A stretch of DNA of 16,060 nucleotides, taken from positions 1 through 16,060 of the forward strand of contig JBBKWS010000108.1 of assembly GCA_037969075.1 (NCBI GenBank), given 5' to 3'. Below are positions 8,568 through 16,060 of this stretch, piece after piece. The stretch is from Bdellovibrionales bacterium (lineage in GTDB: Bacteria; Bdellovibrionota; Bdellovibrionia; Bdellovibrionales; UBA840). The notes beneath the pieces are model-generated. The model did not search any database and was not told the origin of the DNA. It saw nothing but the letters and a program-made list of their open reading frames with translations. The position numbers were made by a program, and so were the translations under genes. The first letter of the stretch is position 1. Every line of letters starts with the position of its first letter.

Positions 8568-10365
8568 ACTGAACCAGCTCCATTCTTCTCTTAATAACGG
8601 TATAGTAGGTTCTATATTTATTCAAAGACAAAATTAAATCACTTACACTTGGTCCTGCAGGATACCGCAGACTCATATCCCAAGATAAATCAGCAATGTA
8701 GTTTAGTTTGTACATACTATCTGAAATACTTTGTTCTAAATAATGACGAATAAATAATTCTCTAAACTTATCTCTCCTTTGTGTTCTTTCATTGACCCAT
8801 TTATACAATAATTCTAACTGCGGATCAGCACATGATACTGGTGAAATGCGATTTTTGATAGGGTTTTCAGATTGCAAAAACTGTAAAAAACATGGCTCGT
8901 GCAAACTCTCCCAATCCGTAGTGTTTAAAAGACCTAAATTAAACTTAGCTGTAAAAACCCAAAGTGGATTGTTTGCAGCTTTGCCGGTCTGTAAAAGTAA
9001 ATCCCATTTTTCTTGTTTGATTGCCAATGTTGCCAGCCATTCCATAATCTGAATGTCCTGTGTTGCTTCAAAAATATTAAAAAAATCTTTTGGATCCTGC
9101 TCTAAATCAAATGGATCCCAAAGTTTGCGGGCAAGCTTCCACTTTAATATTTTCATCTCATCTATATGATCCCATGCTTTAATACCTAAACTATTAACCC
9201 ATGATTGAATTTTACTATCAAGCGGTTCCCCCCAATTTGTAATTTGAGGATTGGTTTCTAACTGATCTGTCAAATTATTATATTTGTAGATTTTTTCATC
9301 GAAGATATAATTATAATTTCCATTTCTAAGTGAAAACCTTGAGGTAGAATAGTTTTTCCACTGTGGCCAAGCAGATTCAACCATAATCCATCTATCCGAA
9401 TCTGTCTCAGAGTAATCTTTATTAAAAATATTTTTTAAAACAAACATACTATCATTAGGTTGCATGTCATTTTGCACAAACAAACTATGCCCTAAATCCA
9501 CTAATGAATAATTGTAGTCAACTTTCCAGCTGTGTCCTAAATCACGCTTCTTATCACTAGGCTTAAAATAAAATGCAACTTTTGTATTCTCTGAATGTAG
9601 GTTGTATGCATCCATTTCATTTTTTCGAAAATTTTCGCCCTTACCATTTAGACCAAAAATAATAATGTTAGTTTTGTGCCAAAGATCTCGTTTTTTTAGT
9701 GCACTAGATAAGTAGCCAAGAGAATCCAACAAAGATCCATATTGCCCATCATATGTACTTTCTCGTTTTAAACCGTCCTCATCCTGAGTAGATATAGAAG
9801 GAAACAACAGATCTGGCAGATAAACCACCGCAAAAAATGGCTTTGATGGCTCATTATCTAGCCAGTCAAAATATGCGTTCAAAGATTTTTTAGCTGGACG
9901 ATAGTATGAGTTCCAATGCATTGGGAAAGTATCATCAAAAAAACTAAACCCCTGGGCTAACCCCGATTTGCGCCAAATCGCTCCACCACCTGAGAAAAAA
10001 GCGGTTCGCCAACCTTTTTTAAACAGTAATTCTGGCGCAGTAACAAACGACTCTTTTAAATAAACGTTTCCGTTATGCCAGACCTTGTGCTCATTAGGAT
10101 ACAAGCCAGTAAGAACTGAGGCCAAGGCTGCCTGTGATTGCGTAGAAGGTGTATACATATGAGTAAAACGAATTGCTTCGTTACACAACAGGTCAAAAGC
10201 TTCCTTTGATTGATCCACAGTGAGGGTCTGAGAACATAGACTAGCAGTAAAGGGCAGCTTTTCTACAGCAACCAATAAATAAGAAGGTTTTTCGCTTTGA
10301 TCATGCGAACAACCCAATACGCACAAAAGTAGTGCTACAAAAGTCTGGTGAAACACGCGCCCCAA
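8548..10365 (-). CDS. Sulfatase/alkaline-phosphatase superfamily lipoprotein (degenerate active site)
   Basis: Probable TTG start at 10365 after GAGGAG; lipobox-like LLLCVLG-C; FTHMYTPS...ASVLTGLYP..H, GWRTAFF, GF..FDD and KPFF motifs of the sulfatase fold. Confidence 0.75.
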   Translation of the reverse strand: MGRVFHQTFVALLLCVLGCSHDQSEKPSYLLVAVEKLPFTASLCSQTLTVDQSKEAFDLLCNEAIRFTHMYTPSTQSQAALASVLTGLYPNEHKVWHNGNVYLKESFVTAPELLFKKGWRTAFFSGGGAIWRKSGLAQGFSFFDDTFPMHWNSYYRPAKKSLNAYFDWLDNEPSKPFFAVVYLPDLLFPSISTQDEDGLKRESTYDGQYGSLLDSLGYLSSALKKRDLWHKTNIIIFGLNGKGENFRKNEMDAYNLHSENTKVAFYFKPSDKKRDLGHSWKVDYNYSLVDLGHSLFVQNDMQPNDSMFVLKNIFNKDYSETDSDRWIMVESAWPQWKNYSTSRFSLRNGNYNYIFDEKIYKYNNLTDQLETNPQITNWGEPLDSKIQSWVNSLGIKAWDHIDEMKILKWKLARKLWDPFDLEQDPKDFFNIFEATQDIQIMEWLATLAIKQEKWDLLLQTGKAANNPLWVFTAKFNLGLLNTTDWESLHEPCFLQFLQSENPIKNRISPVSCADPQLELLYKWVNERTQRRDKFRELFIRHYLEQSISDSMYKLNYIADLSWDMSLRYPAGPSVSDLILSLNKYRTYYTVIKRRMELVQYEKVVY

Positions 10366-10421
10366 GCTTGCTCCTCTTCTTCTTTCAAGAGATACTATAA
10401 CAAAAATAACACGAGGTATAT

Positions 10422-11048
10422 ATGCTAACTGAAAATTTATTTCGAATCGCGCAATATGGTGCAGAGTCAATTTTATATCTATTACTTATTCTTAGCGTGA
10501 TTAGCGTATCCATTATCCTAGAACGCTTTTTTACACTTCGTGGCGTTAGATCTCGCAGTCGTAAGGTTCAGATTAAAATTGAAGACGCGTTGGTCTCAAA
10601 CCACTTATCTGATCTTGAGCATATTAGTAGCTCCCGTGACTCCATAGAAGCAAAAGCCTTATCTTACGGCATTAGATATGTAAAAGACAATGGCCCGACG
10701 GGTGTAGCAGAAGTTTTTAATTCGTTTGCTATCATTGAAAAGCAAAAGCTTGAAAAATCGCTAAACTTTTTAGGTACTATCGGTTCAAACGCTGTATTTA
10801 TTGGTTTACTTGGTACCGTACTAGGTATTATGAAGGCGTTTAAAGATTTAGGCGCGAGCCAAGGAGACGTTTCTATGGTTATGACAGGAATCGCAGAAGC
10901 TCTTACCGCAACCGCTATCGGGCTTTTTGTGGCGATTCCCGCAGTTATTGCCTATAACTATTTTCAAAAACAAGTAAAGATTATCGTTAGTAGCGTGGAG
11001 AGCGTAAGAGAACTTTGCATAGCCTATGCTAATCAAAAGGAAAAATAA
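10422..11048 (+). CDS. MotA/TolQ/ExbB proton-channel family protein
   Basis: [24 protein letters not shown] and [33 protein letters not shown]. Confidence 0.93.
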   Translation: MLTENLFRIAQYGAESILYLLLILSVISVSIILERFFTLRGVRSRSRKVQIKIEDALVSNHLSDLEHISSSRDSIEAKALSYGIRYVKDNGPTGVAEVFNSFAIIEKQKLEKSLNFLGTIGSNAVFIGLLGTVLGIMKAFKDLGASQGDVSMVMTGIAEALTATAIGLFVAIPAVIAYNYFQKQVKIIVSSVESVRELCIAYANQKEK

Positions 11049-11050
11049 TC

Positions 11051-11455
11051 ATGGCATCTAAACTAGGCGGAGATAATGACGATCCTATAGTAGATATTAA
11101 TATCACTCCCTTTGTGGATGTGATCTTGGTTGTACTAATTATATTTATGGTAACTACCCCCATGCTTGTTAACCAGAGCATCCAAATACAGCTGCCAAAA
11201 GCAGTGACTGGCGAAGACACTCCGCCTACAAACCTTCAATTAACTATTTCAAAAGAAGGTGATGTGTATGCGGACGGAAAAAAAGTTTCTGAAGATGAAA
11301 TTGAGAGCATAGCAAAAGAAAAAATTTCATTTAATTCTAATGTGCAGGCGTCTATTGCCGCTGACCAAGACAGCACTCATGGACAAGTTATCAGAGTGAT
11401 TGATTTGATCAAAAAAGGTGGTATTCATAAATTTGCCATTAGCACTACAAAATAG
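11051..11455 (+). CDS. ExbD/TolR family protein
   Basis: DINITPFVDVILVVLIIFMVTTP, LPKA, and ADQ...HGQVIRVIDLIKKGG. Confidence 0.93.
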   Translation: MASKLGGDNDDPIVDINITPFVDVILVVLIIFMVTTPMLVNQSIQIQLPKAVTGEDTPPTNLQLTISKEGDVYADGKKVSEDEIESIAKEKISFNSNVQASIAADQDSTHGQVIRVIDLIKKGGIHKFAISTTK

Positions 11456-11466
11456 GAATAAAGCAC

Positions 11467-12849
11467 TTGCAACAAACATCTACACTACAAAAAGCATTTG
11501 AAATAAACTTAGAGCCTAATATTTATGGCACCTTTGCTGAGATTGGCGCTGGCCAAGAGGTCGCAAGGCAGTTTTTTGAAGCTGGTAAAGCCTCTGGCAC
11601 GGTTGCTAAAACAATTTCTGCCTACGACATGGTCTTTAGTGACAGCATATACGGCAAAGAAAAAAATGGACGTTATGTTTGTCAAAGTCGTCTTGAAAAA
11701 ATGCTTTCTTATGAGTTTGATCTTTTGATAGAGCGACTTAAAACAATCCGCGGCGATTCAACCTGTTTCTTTTCTTTTGCAAACACCGTGACTACAGGAA
11801 GTAAATCCAGAAATATAGATTCACACGGCTGGATTGGAATACGATTTCAATTAAAACCAAATGGCCCCATCAACCAAATTGTAGCCCATATCAAAATGAA
11901 AAATAGATCAAATAGTCTTCAGCGCGAGGCCCTAGGCGTTGTTGGTGTTAATTTAATTTATGCAGCATTTAATCATACAAACAATCCTGAACAGTTCATC
12001 CTCTCATTGATAGACAACCTTGACACCTCTCGTATTGAAATGGATATGATCGATTTTCAGGGAGATGACTTAAAACATATCGATAATCGCTTGATGAGTT
12101 TAAAATTAGTAGCAAATCACCTTACCAATGCAGCCCTGTTTTCACCCGAAGGTAAGGTTTTACACATCGCTGACGTTATGTTTAAAAAACCTTTAGTTTT
12201 GCTTAGAGGCAGCTTTTCGCCGGTTACCAATATACATGTGGATATGATCGGATCTGCGCTAAAGAACATCAAAACATCTAGTAAAGATACGCCTACAGTA
12301 TTTTTAGAACTTACCATCCATGACTTAATTCAAGATGGAGAGTTTAAAAATGCCAATTTTTTAGAACGAGTGGATGTGCTACAAACCCTAGGACACCCAG
12401 TATTAATCAGTAACTTCTTTTTGTTTTTTGAATTAAAAAAATATTTAGAAAAATTCACTACTGAAACGATCTCCATGATTATGGGCGCAAATCTTTTATC
12501 AAAATTATTTGATGACGAATTTTACAAAAATGTAAACGGCGGCCTGCTGTCTGGCATTGGGCAACTAACCGAGGGAAACTCAAAAATATTGATTTACCCA
12601 TTTAAAAAATCTGACACTACTATGCTTACACTTAGCAATTATCAGCCCAACCAAACCACCGCACCCATTTTTGAACATTTAAAGCAAAAAGATGTATTTA
12701 CTGAGCTTGAGTGCCTTGAGGTATGCAAAGAAATTCACTCTGAAAACATTTTATCGATGATAAAAAACAAAGACGCCTCTTGGGAAAATTTTGTTCCAAA
12801 GAAAGTGGCGTCCTTAATTAAAGATCGCAAGTTGTTTGGTTATAAATAA
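11467..12849 (+). CDS. Conserved cytoplasmic protein with C-terminal nucleotidyltransferase (NadD/CoaD-like) motif
   Basis: YGTFAEIGAGQEVAR.FF.AG.ASGTVAKT.SAYDM..SD.IYG N-terminus, LRGSFSPVTNIH (GSF.P.T..H), and C-terminal W...VP..V...IK...LFGY; TTG start. Confidence 0.75.
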   Translation: MQQTSTLQKAFEINLEPNIYGTFAEIGAGQEVARQFFEAGKASGTVAKTISAYDMVFSDSIYGKEKNGRYVCQSRLEKMLSYEFDLLIERLKTIRGDSTCFFSFANTVTTGSKSRNIDSHGWIGIRFQLKPNGPINQIVAHIKMKNRSNSLQREALGVVGVNLIYAAFNHTNNPEQFILSLIDNLDTSRIEMDMIDFQGDDLKHIDNRLMSLKLVANHLTNAALFSPEGKVLHIADVMFKKPLVLLRGSFSPVTNIHVDMIGSALKNIKTSSKDTPTVFLELTIHDLIQDGEFKNANFLERVDVLQTLGHPVLISNFFLFFELKKYLEKFTTETISMIMGANLLSKLFDDEFYKNVNGGLLSGIGQLTEGNSKILIYPFKKSDTTMLTLSNYQPNQTTAPIFEHLKQKDVFTELECLEVCKEIHSENILSMIKNKDASWENFVPKKVASLIKDRKLFGYK

Positions 12850-13239
12850 TTACTTTTTAAATAGTAGCTTTATAGTATTCGAATACGGTTTTGCACAAAA
12901 TGATAAGTATCCCATTAATACTACAATTACGATAGCTATTGGCAGACCGCTTGGATCAAGAGCTGCATGAACCATAAAAATATGTACAACTATTGGGGCG
13001 AGTACTACCAGGGCCAAAGGTACAAACATTCCTAATAGTAGCAATGCACCGCAGACAATCTCAGTGATTTTTAATAGTGGAAAGAAGTAACCTGTAGCTA
13101 ACATGCCAGCCATAAATGTCATCATATCTTCAGGCATATTTGGTGGTGGCGGTAATAAATTAAATAGCCCGGCAATACCGAAGATAAAAAATATTAAACC
13201 TAATAAAATGCGTGCGATGAGTGGAAGTTTTGCTTTCAT
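12850..13239 (-). CDS. DoxX-family membrane protein
   Basis: Start moved to ATG 13239 (GGAG upstream); ARILLGLIFFIFG, GYFFPLLKITEIVCGALLL, LAPIVVHI..H; four TMs. Confidence 0.85.
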   Translation of the reverse strand: MKAKLPLIARILLGLIFFIFGIAGLFNLLPPPPNMPEDMMTFMAGMLATGYFFPLLKITEIVCGALLLLGMFVPLALVVLAPIVVHIFMVHAALDPSGLPIAIVIVVLMGYLSFCAKPYSNTIKLLFKK

Positions 13240-13303
13240 GTTGTTTTCTCCTATGCAAATAGGATGATAGCTTTTTTGTAATGTGACAAGTGGTAAGTAG
13301 AAT

Positions 13304-13344
13304 GGTGTCAGCGAAGCCTTGCGTAAAGCAAAGACTTCGCTACA
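13304..13344 (-). repeat. Intergenic repeat copy 1 (full imperfect palindrome, REP-like)
   Basis: + strand GGTGTC-AGCGAAG-CCTTGC-GTAAA-GCAAAGA-CTTCGCT-ACA; AGCGAAG (13310-13316) pairs with CTTCGCT (13335-13341). Confidence 0.8.
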
Positions 13345-13355
13345 AATCATTATTA

Positions 13356-14567
13356 TTAAAACTCTACATTATATATCTCACTACCTGTAAAGACCTTCCC
13401 ATTAAGTGTAGCTGCCATAACTCGCAACTCTTTAACATAGGACGTATCATCTCCATAGTATGCAAAATGAATACGTAACGGATATACGCTGGCAATATCC
13501 TCTAAAGATCTAAATCGATTTAGTCCCATATTATCTGGCCCATCGATCATTATAATTACACTCAATCGTTTAAATTCATTAGCATCATTTCTGTAAAACA
13601 ATTCATGTGCTTGCAACTCTATAAACCTGCCAACGGCATCTAGATTCGAGCCGCCATTATCAGGACCTTGTAAGACCGAACTATAAATATCAACAAATTC
13701 ACTTTTATTAGATTTCCAATTCGTTCTCTCATTAGTAGAGCCATCCCAAGTGGCTAATTTTTGACTAAAATCTTTATCTAGATAGCGACGATGTATTGAT
13801 GAAAATATGTCCTTTCTCTTCTGCTTGTCAGGATCACTACCACCAATACTATTACTACCTGAAACATCTAGCATATATAAAGCATAATCTTGAACTATGT
13901 CTGAACCCATTGGCAGCGCTAGCAACTCTGCATTTAGAGATGCATTCGAAAAGACAGAAGCAATTTCTTTAAATACATCAGCGATGGAAGTTTCATGTTG
14001 AATCTTTGCCAATAAATAAGAGGTAAAATATCTAGTGGCCAATGAGTTAGTCTGTCCATCTGCTCTAGCTTCTCTTAAGATAATTTCGTGTAATACCAAA
14101 ATGGCTTTTTGCTGAATATCTAATTTATTCCACAGTGGAGCATCAATTACATAGCGAAACTTATTTCCGAAAATTAAGTCCATTTGAATGGCAATTTGCT
14201 TTCTTTCACAATGCTCTTCAATTCCGATTTCATAAGAGTCTAATATTTCACTTAGTACCTCACGCTCTCTCGTGAAACGCATATCACTATCAAATGCAGA
14301 CAGCCATTCGTTGTATTGTGCCGCACGAGCTGAAGAGTATTTGGCTAGGCGTACATCAATTACGTATTTCACTATCTCTTGCCAAGTCTGCGCTTCAGGG
14401 AATTCATAATAAATATCTCTTGCGTACTCACTCTCGTATTGATCTAAAATGGTGTAGGTAGTCTGCTGACCCACCTTACAGATCACAACATCCCCACCAT
14501 TACCAACTGTCCCAGCCATCGCCGGCATTATTCCAAATAATACCAATGCTCCTATTAACCATTTCAT
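13356..14567 (-). CDS. Secreted protein, N-terminal GNGG motif domain plus C-terminal vWA/MIDAS-like domain
   Basis: Signal peptide (..IMPAMA), GTVGNGGDVVIC, LVLHEII, then LDVSGS (DxSxS), GGSNL and IMIDG. Confidence 0.7.
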   Translation of the reverse strand: MKWLIGALVLFGIMPAMAGTVGNGGDVVICKVGQQTTYTILDQYESEYARDIYYEFPEAQTWQEIVKYVIDVRLAKYSSARAAQYNEWLSAFDSDMRFTREREVLSEILDSYEIGIEEHCERKQIAIQMDLIFGNKFRYVIDAPLWNKLDIQQKAILVLHEIILREARADGQTNSLATRYFTSYLLAKIQHETSIADVFKEIASVFSNASLNAELLALPMGSDIVQDYALYMLDVSGSNSIGGSDPDKQKRKDIFSSIHRRYLDKDFSQKLATWDGSTNERTNWKSNKSEFVDIYSSVLQGPDNGGSNLDAVGRFIELQAHELFYRNDANEFKRLSVIIMIDGPDNMGLNRFRSLEDIASVYPLRIHFAYYGDDTSYVKELRVMAATLNGKVFTGSEIYNVEF

Positions 14568-15385
14568 TCTTGCCCCCTTGTATTTTTTGTTAAATTAAAA
14601 AACTGTGTCGATAAACAATAAACCGATTGTTCTTTGTCTTCTTCAATCCCAAACTCTCTAATGAGCTCCTCTTGAAACCGTCTAATTTTTTCTTTGATCT
14701 GAGGTATGTTTTGTTTTGAAAAGATCAGGTGGGAGATTTGAAACTCTCTCTCCTCCACACTTTGTTGCTCCAGAGCAATTTCAGCTTTTCTTAAAATAGA
14801 TTTATGATGCATGCGAATGGCTGAGGACGGCAAATCTTGTGGAGTAATCACCCGGTACTGTGTCGGCGCCAAATCTTTATCAATCAATTGCAGTTTCTGT
14901 AAATGTAGCAATGCCGTCGTAAATTCGGCATCAGAAATATTTAGCGCTTCGCATAACTCATCGGTATTTCGCCGAAAATAAGTATTTTTGAGAGCCTCAA
15001 GAATTGTAAAGTGATGCCACTTAGAAATAAGTTCAAAGACCTCAAGTGTAAGCTCTTTCTGCTCGCGCGTGTCTTTTAAAAATTGCAGAGCTTTTTTTGA
15101 CGTACTTGTTGTTCGCTTAGCAGCAGAATCTACCAACATAAGAAAACACTTTTTCTCTTCATTCCCTAACTTTAATACATTAGCCATTTTCTCTGCTGCT
15201 ACTTTTGAAATACCTTTTTTACCACTGATGATCTCACTCAATGTTGAAGGACTTACCTTTAAATCACGAGCAAATGCTCTTAGAGAGTAAGCTGAGTTAA
15301 ACGTCTTACGATTATTTAACTCTTCTTGAAGAAATTCTGAAATATTATTGTGCCTTAAAATATGAACCATGCATAAAGCATTCAT
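14564..15385 (-). CDS. TIGR02147-like protein (N-terminal HTH plus DUF4423-like C-terminus)
   Basis: YSLRAFARDLKVSPSTLSEIISGKKGIS HTH; SKWHHFTILE, SSAIRMHH, EEREF, VYCLSTQFFNL. Alternative ATG at 15370. ATGA overlap with the downstream gene. Confidence 0.85.
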   Translation of the reverse strand: MNALCMVHILRHNNISEFLQEELNNRKTFNSAYSLRAFARDLKVSPSTLSEIISGKKGISKVAAEKMANVLKLGNEEKKCFLMLVDSAAKRTTSTSKKALQFLKDTREQKELTLEVFELISKWHHFTILEALKNTYFRRNTDELCEALNISDAEFTTALLHLQKLQLIDKDLAPTQYRVITPQDLPSSAIRMHHKSILRKAEIALEQQSVEEREFQISHLIFSKQNIPQIKEKIRRFQEELIREFGIEEDKEQSVYCLSTQFFNLTKNTRGQE

Positions 15386-15411
15386 CAGTTAGAAAGTTTA
15401 CGCAAGATCTA

Positions 15412-15441
15412 AAGCGAACAAAGTGTTCGCTTCTGTTCGCT
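15412..15441. promoter_or_regulatory. Putative operator: palindrome AAGCGAACA-aag-TGTTCGCTT plus a third half-site TGTTCGCT
   Basis: Perfect 9-bp inverted repeat at 15412-15420/15424-15432; extra half-site at 15434-15441; lies just upstream of the HTH gene. Confidence 0.55.
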
Positions 15442-15457
15442 ACCTGGACCGGCGCAT

Positions 15458-15466
15458 ATTCTATCA
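15458..15466 (-). promoter_or_regulatory. Possible extended -10 element (TG-a-TAGAAT) for the TIGR02147 operon
   Basis: Minus strand reads TGATAGAAT, upstream of the palindrome and the gene start. Confidence 0.3.
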
Positions 15467-15486
15467 ATATAGTGTTCAGACTCTTA

Positions 15487-15506
15487 GTGTCAGCGAAGCC
15501 TTGCGT
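15487..15506 (-). repeat. Intergenic repeat copy 2 (one arm only)
   Basis: GTGTCAGCGAAGCCTTGCGT, 20/20 identical to 13305-13324. Confidence 0.85.
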
Positions 15507-15519
15507 TAAAATTAGATTC

Positions 15520-15984
15520 CTACCAATACTCTTTCATCAATTCGGATATCCAATTGGGCTGATACACAGAACCGCGCGGAGCAAATTCTTTTACCCATGG
15601 TTTAATATCAAGAACAGGCGTTGCATGTATCGCATCAAGCCCTTTTACATATAGTAAATTATCTTCAACCTTTAGAACTTCGCATATAGTTAGGCCGATT
15701 TGATTGGGTCTGTTTTTCCCTCGCTGTGCGAATATTCCTATTTTGGGCCAATCACTATTATTTCTAGGGTGCCTAGCCTGCTTTTCAATTTTATCCGGAT
15801 CTACCTTGTCCATATAAAATAAAATTTCAACATAAGAGAATTCTTCAAGTCCCAATAAAGCTTCGTTAGAAAATTGAACTGAATCTAACTCAATGTGAAC
15901 CGTTTCGCCGTCCCAGTGATCATCTTCTATATTTTTACGGGTAGAGTGAACTTTGCCGATAGGTTTTAGCATGATTGAATTCAT
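15520..15984 (-). CDS. TrmO/TsaA (YaeB-like) SAM-binding methyltransferase domain protein
   Basis: LKPIGKVHS, LLGLEEFS, GIFAQRGKNRPNQIGLT, VKGLDAI..TPVLDIKP and PNW motifs; single-domain form. Confidence 0.88.
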   Translation of the reverse strand: MNSIMLKPIGKVHSTRKNIEDDHWDGETVHIELDSVQFSNEALLGLEEFSYVEILFYMDKVDPDKIEKQARHPRNNSDWPKIGIFAQRGKNRPNQIGLTICEVLKVEDNLLYVKGLDAIHATPVLDIKPWVKEFAPRGSVYQPNWISELMKEYW

Positions 15985-16046
15985 CCGTTAAATATAACAC
16001 CAAGAAATTTTCAGCTACAATCATATTGAACTTAATTATTAACATC

Positions 16047-16060
16047 GGTGTCAGCGAAGC
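16047..16060 (-). repeat. Intergenic repeat copy 3 (truncated by window end)
   Basis: GGTGTCAGCGAAGC, 14/14 identical to 13304-13317. Confidence 0.75.

Noticed and set aside
10366..10470. Long N-terminal extensions given by the ORF track (sulfatase to 10470; likewise starts at 2885, 7219, 13350)
   Set aside because: They overlap neighbouring genes or the repeat; downstream starts have a better RBS, coupling or signal peptide
647..15290. Other small overlapping ORFs in the track (e.g. 647-919, 1244-1570, 2117-2551, 3967-4212, 8792-9052, 11525-11728, 15069-15290)
   Set aside because: Antisense or alternate-frame shadows of well-supported genes, with no recognisable motifs
15415..15429. LexA (GAAC-N4-GTTC) SOS box
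   Set aside because: The spacer is 5 nt rather than 4, and the adjacent genes are not SOS-like
15466..15493. Repeat supplying a portable -35 (CTGACA) to downstream genes
   Set aside because: A -10-like TATATT at 16 nt spacing exists only for copy 2, not for copies 1 and 3
13290..15654. Short + strand ORFs 13290-13478 and 15472-15654 sharing VSAKPCVK
   Set aside because: The shared peptide is just the translated DNA repeat; the ORFs are otherwise antisense to real genes
13304..16060. Repeats as a CRISPR array or classical integron attC sites
   Set aside because: Spacing is 0.56-2.2 kb with whole genes between copies, and no cas genes are present. There are no properly paired RYYYAAC/GTTRRRY boxes and no intI in the window.

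Overview
AT-rich, gene-dense window whose gene content suggests a Bdellovibrionota-like (predatory delta-proteobacterial) chromosome; the taxonomy is inferred. Left: a minus-strand maf - proC - (partial) SAM-methyltransferase run. Centre: a tightly coupled plus-strand operon of tadC-like gene, DUF192, three membrane-anchored FHA proteins (FHA-sensor/PAS, FHA-TPR, 2xFHA-TPR) and a degenerate PP2C-like protein, resembling Tad/Kil-type predation accessory clusters. Next come a sulfatase-like lipoprotein plus outer-membrane barrel (minus), divergent from exbB/exbD-like genes and a nucleotidyltransferase-like gene. Right end (from about 12850): accessory minus-strand modules (DoxX; TIGR02147 HTH plus secreted GNGG/vWA protein; TrmO/TsaA-like), each separated by a same-orientation copy of a short repeat, GTGTCAGCGAAGC(CTTGCGT). 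The fullest copy forms a GTAG-footed hairpin, giving a cassette-like or REP-like organisation.
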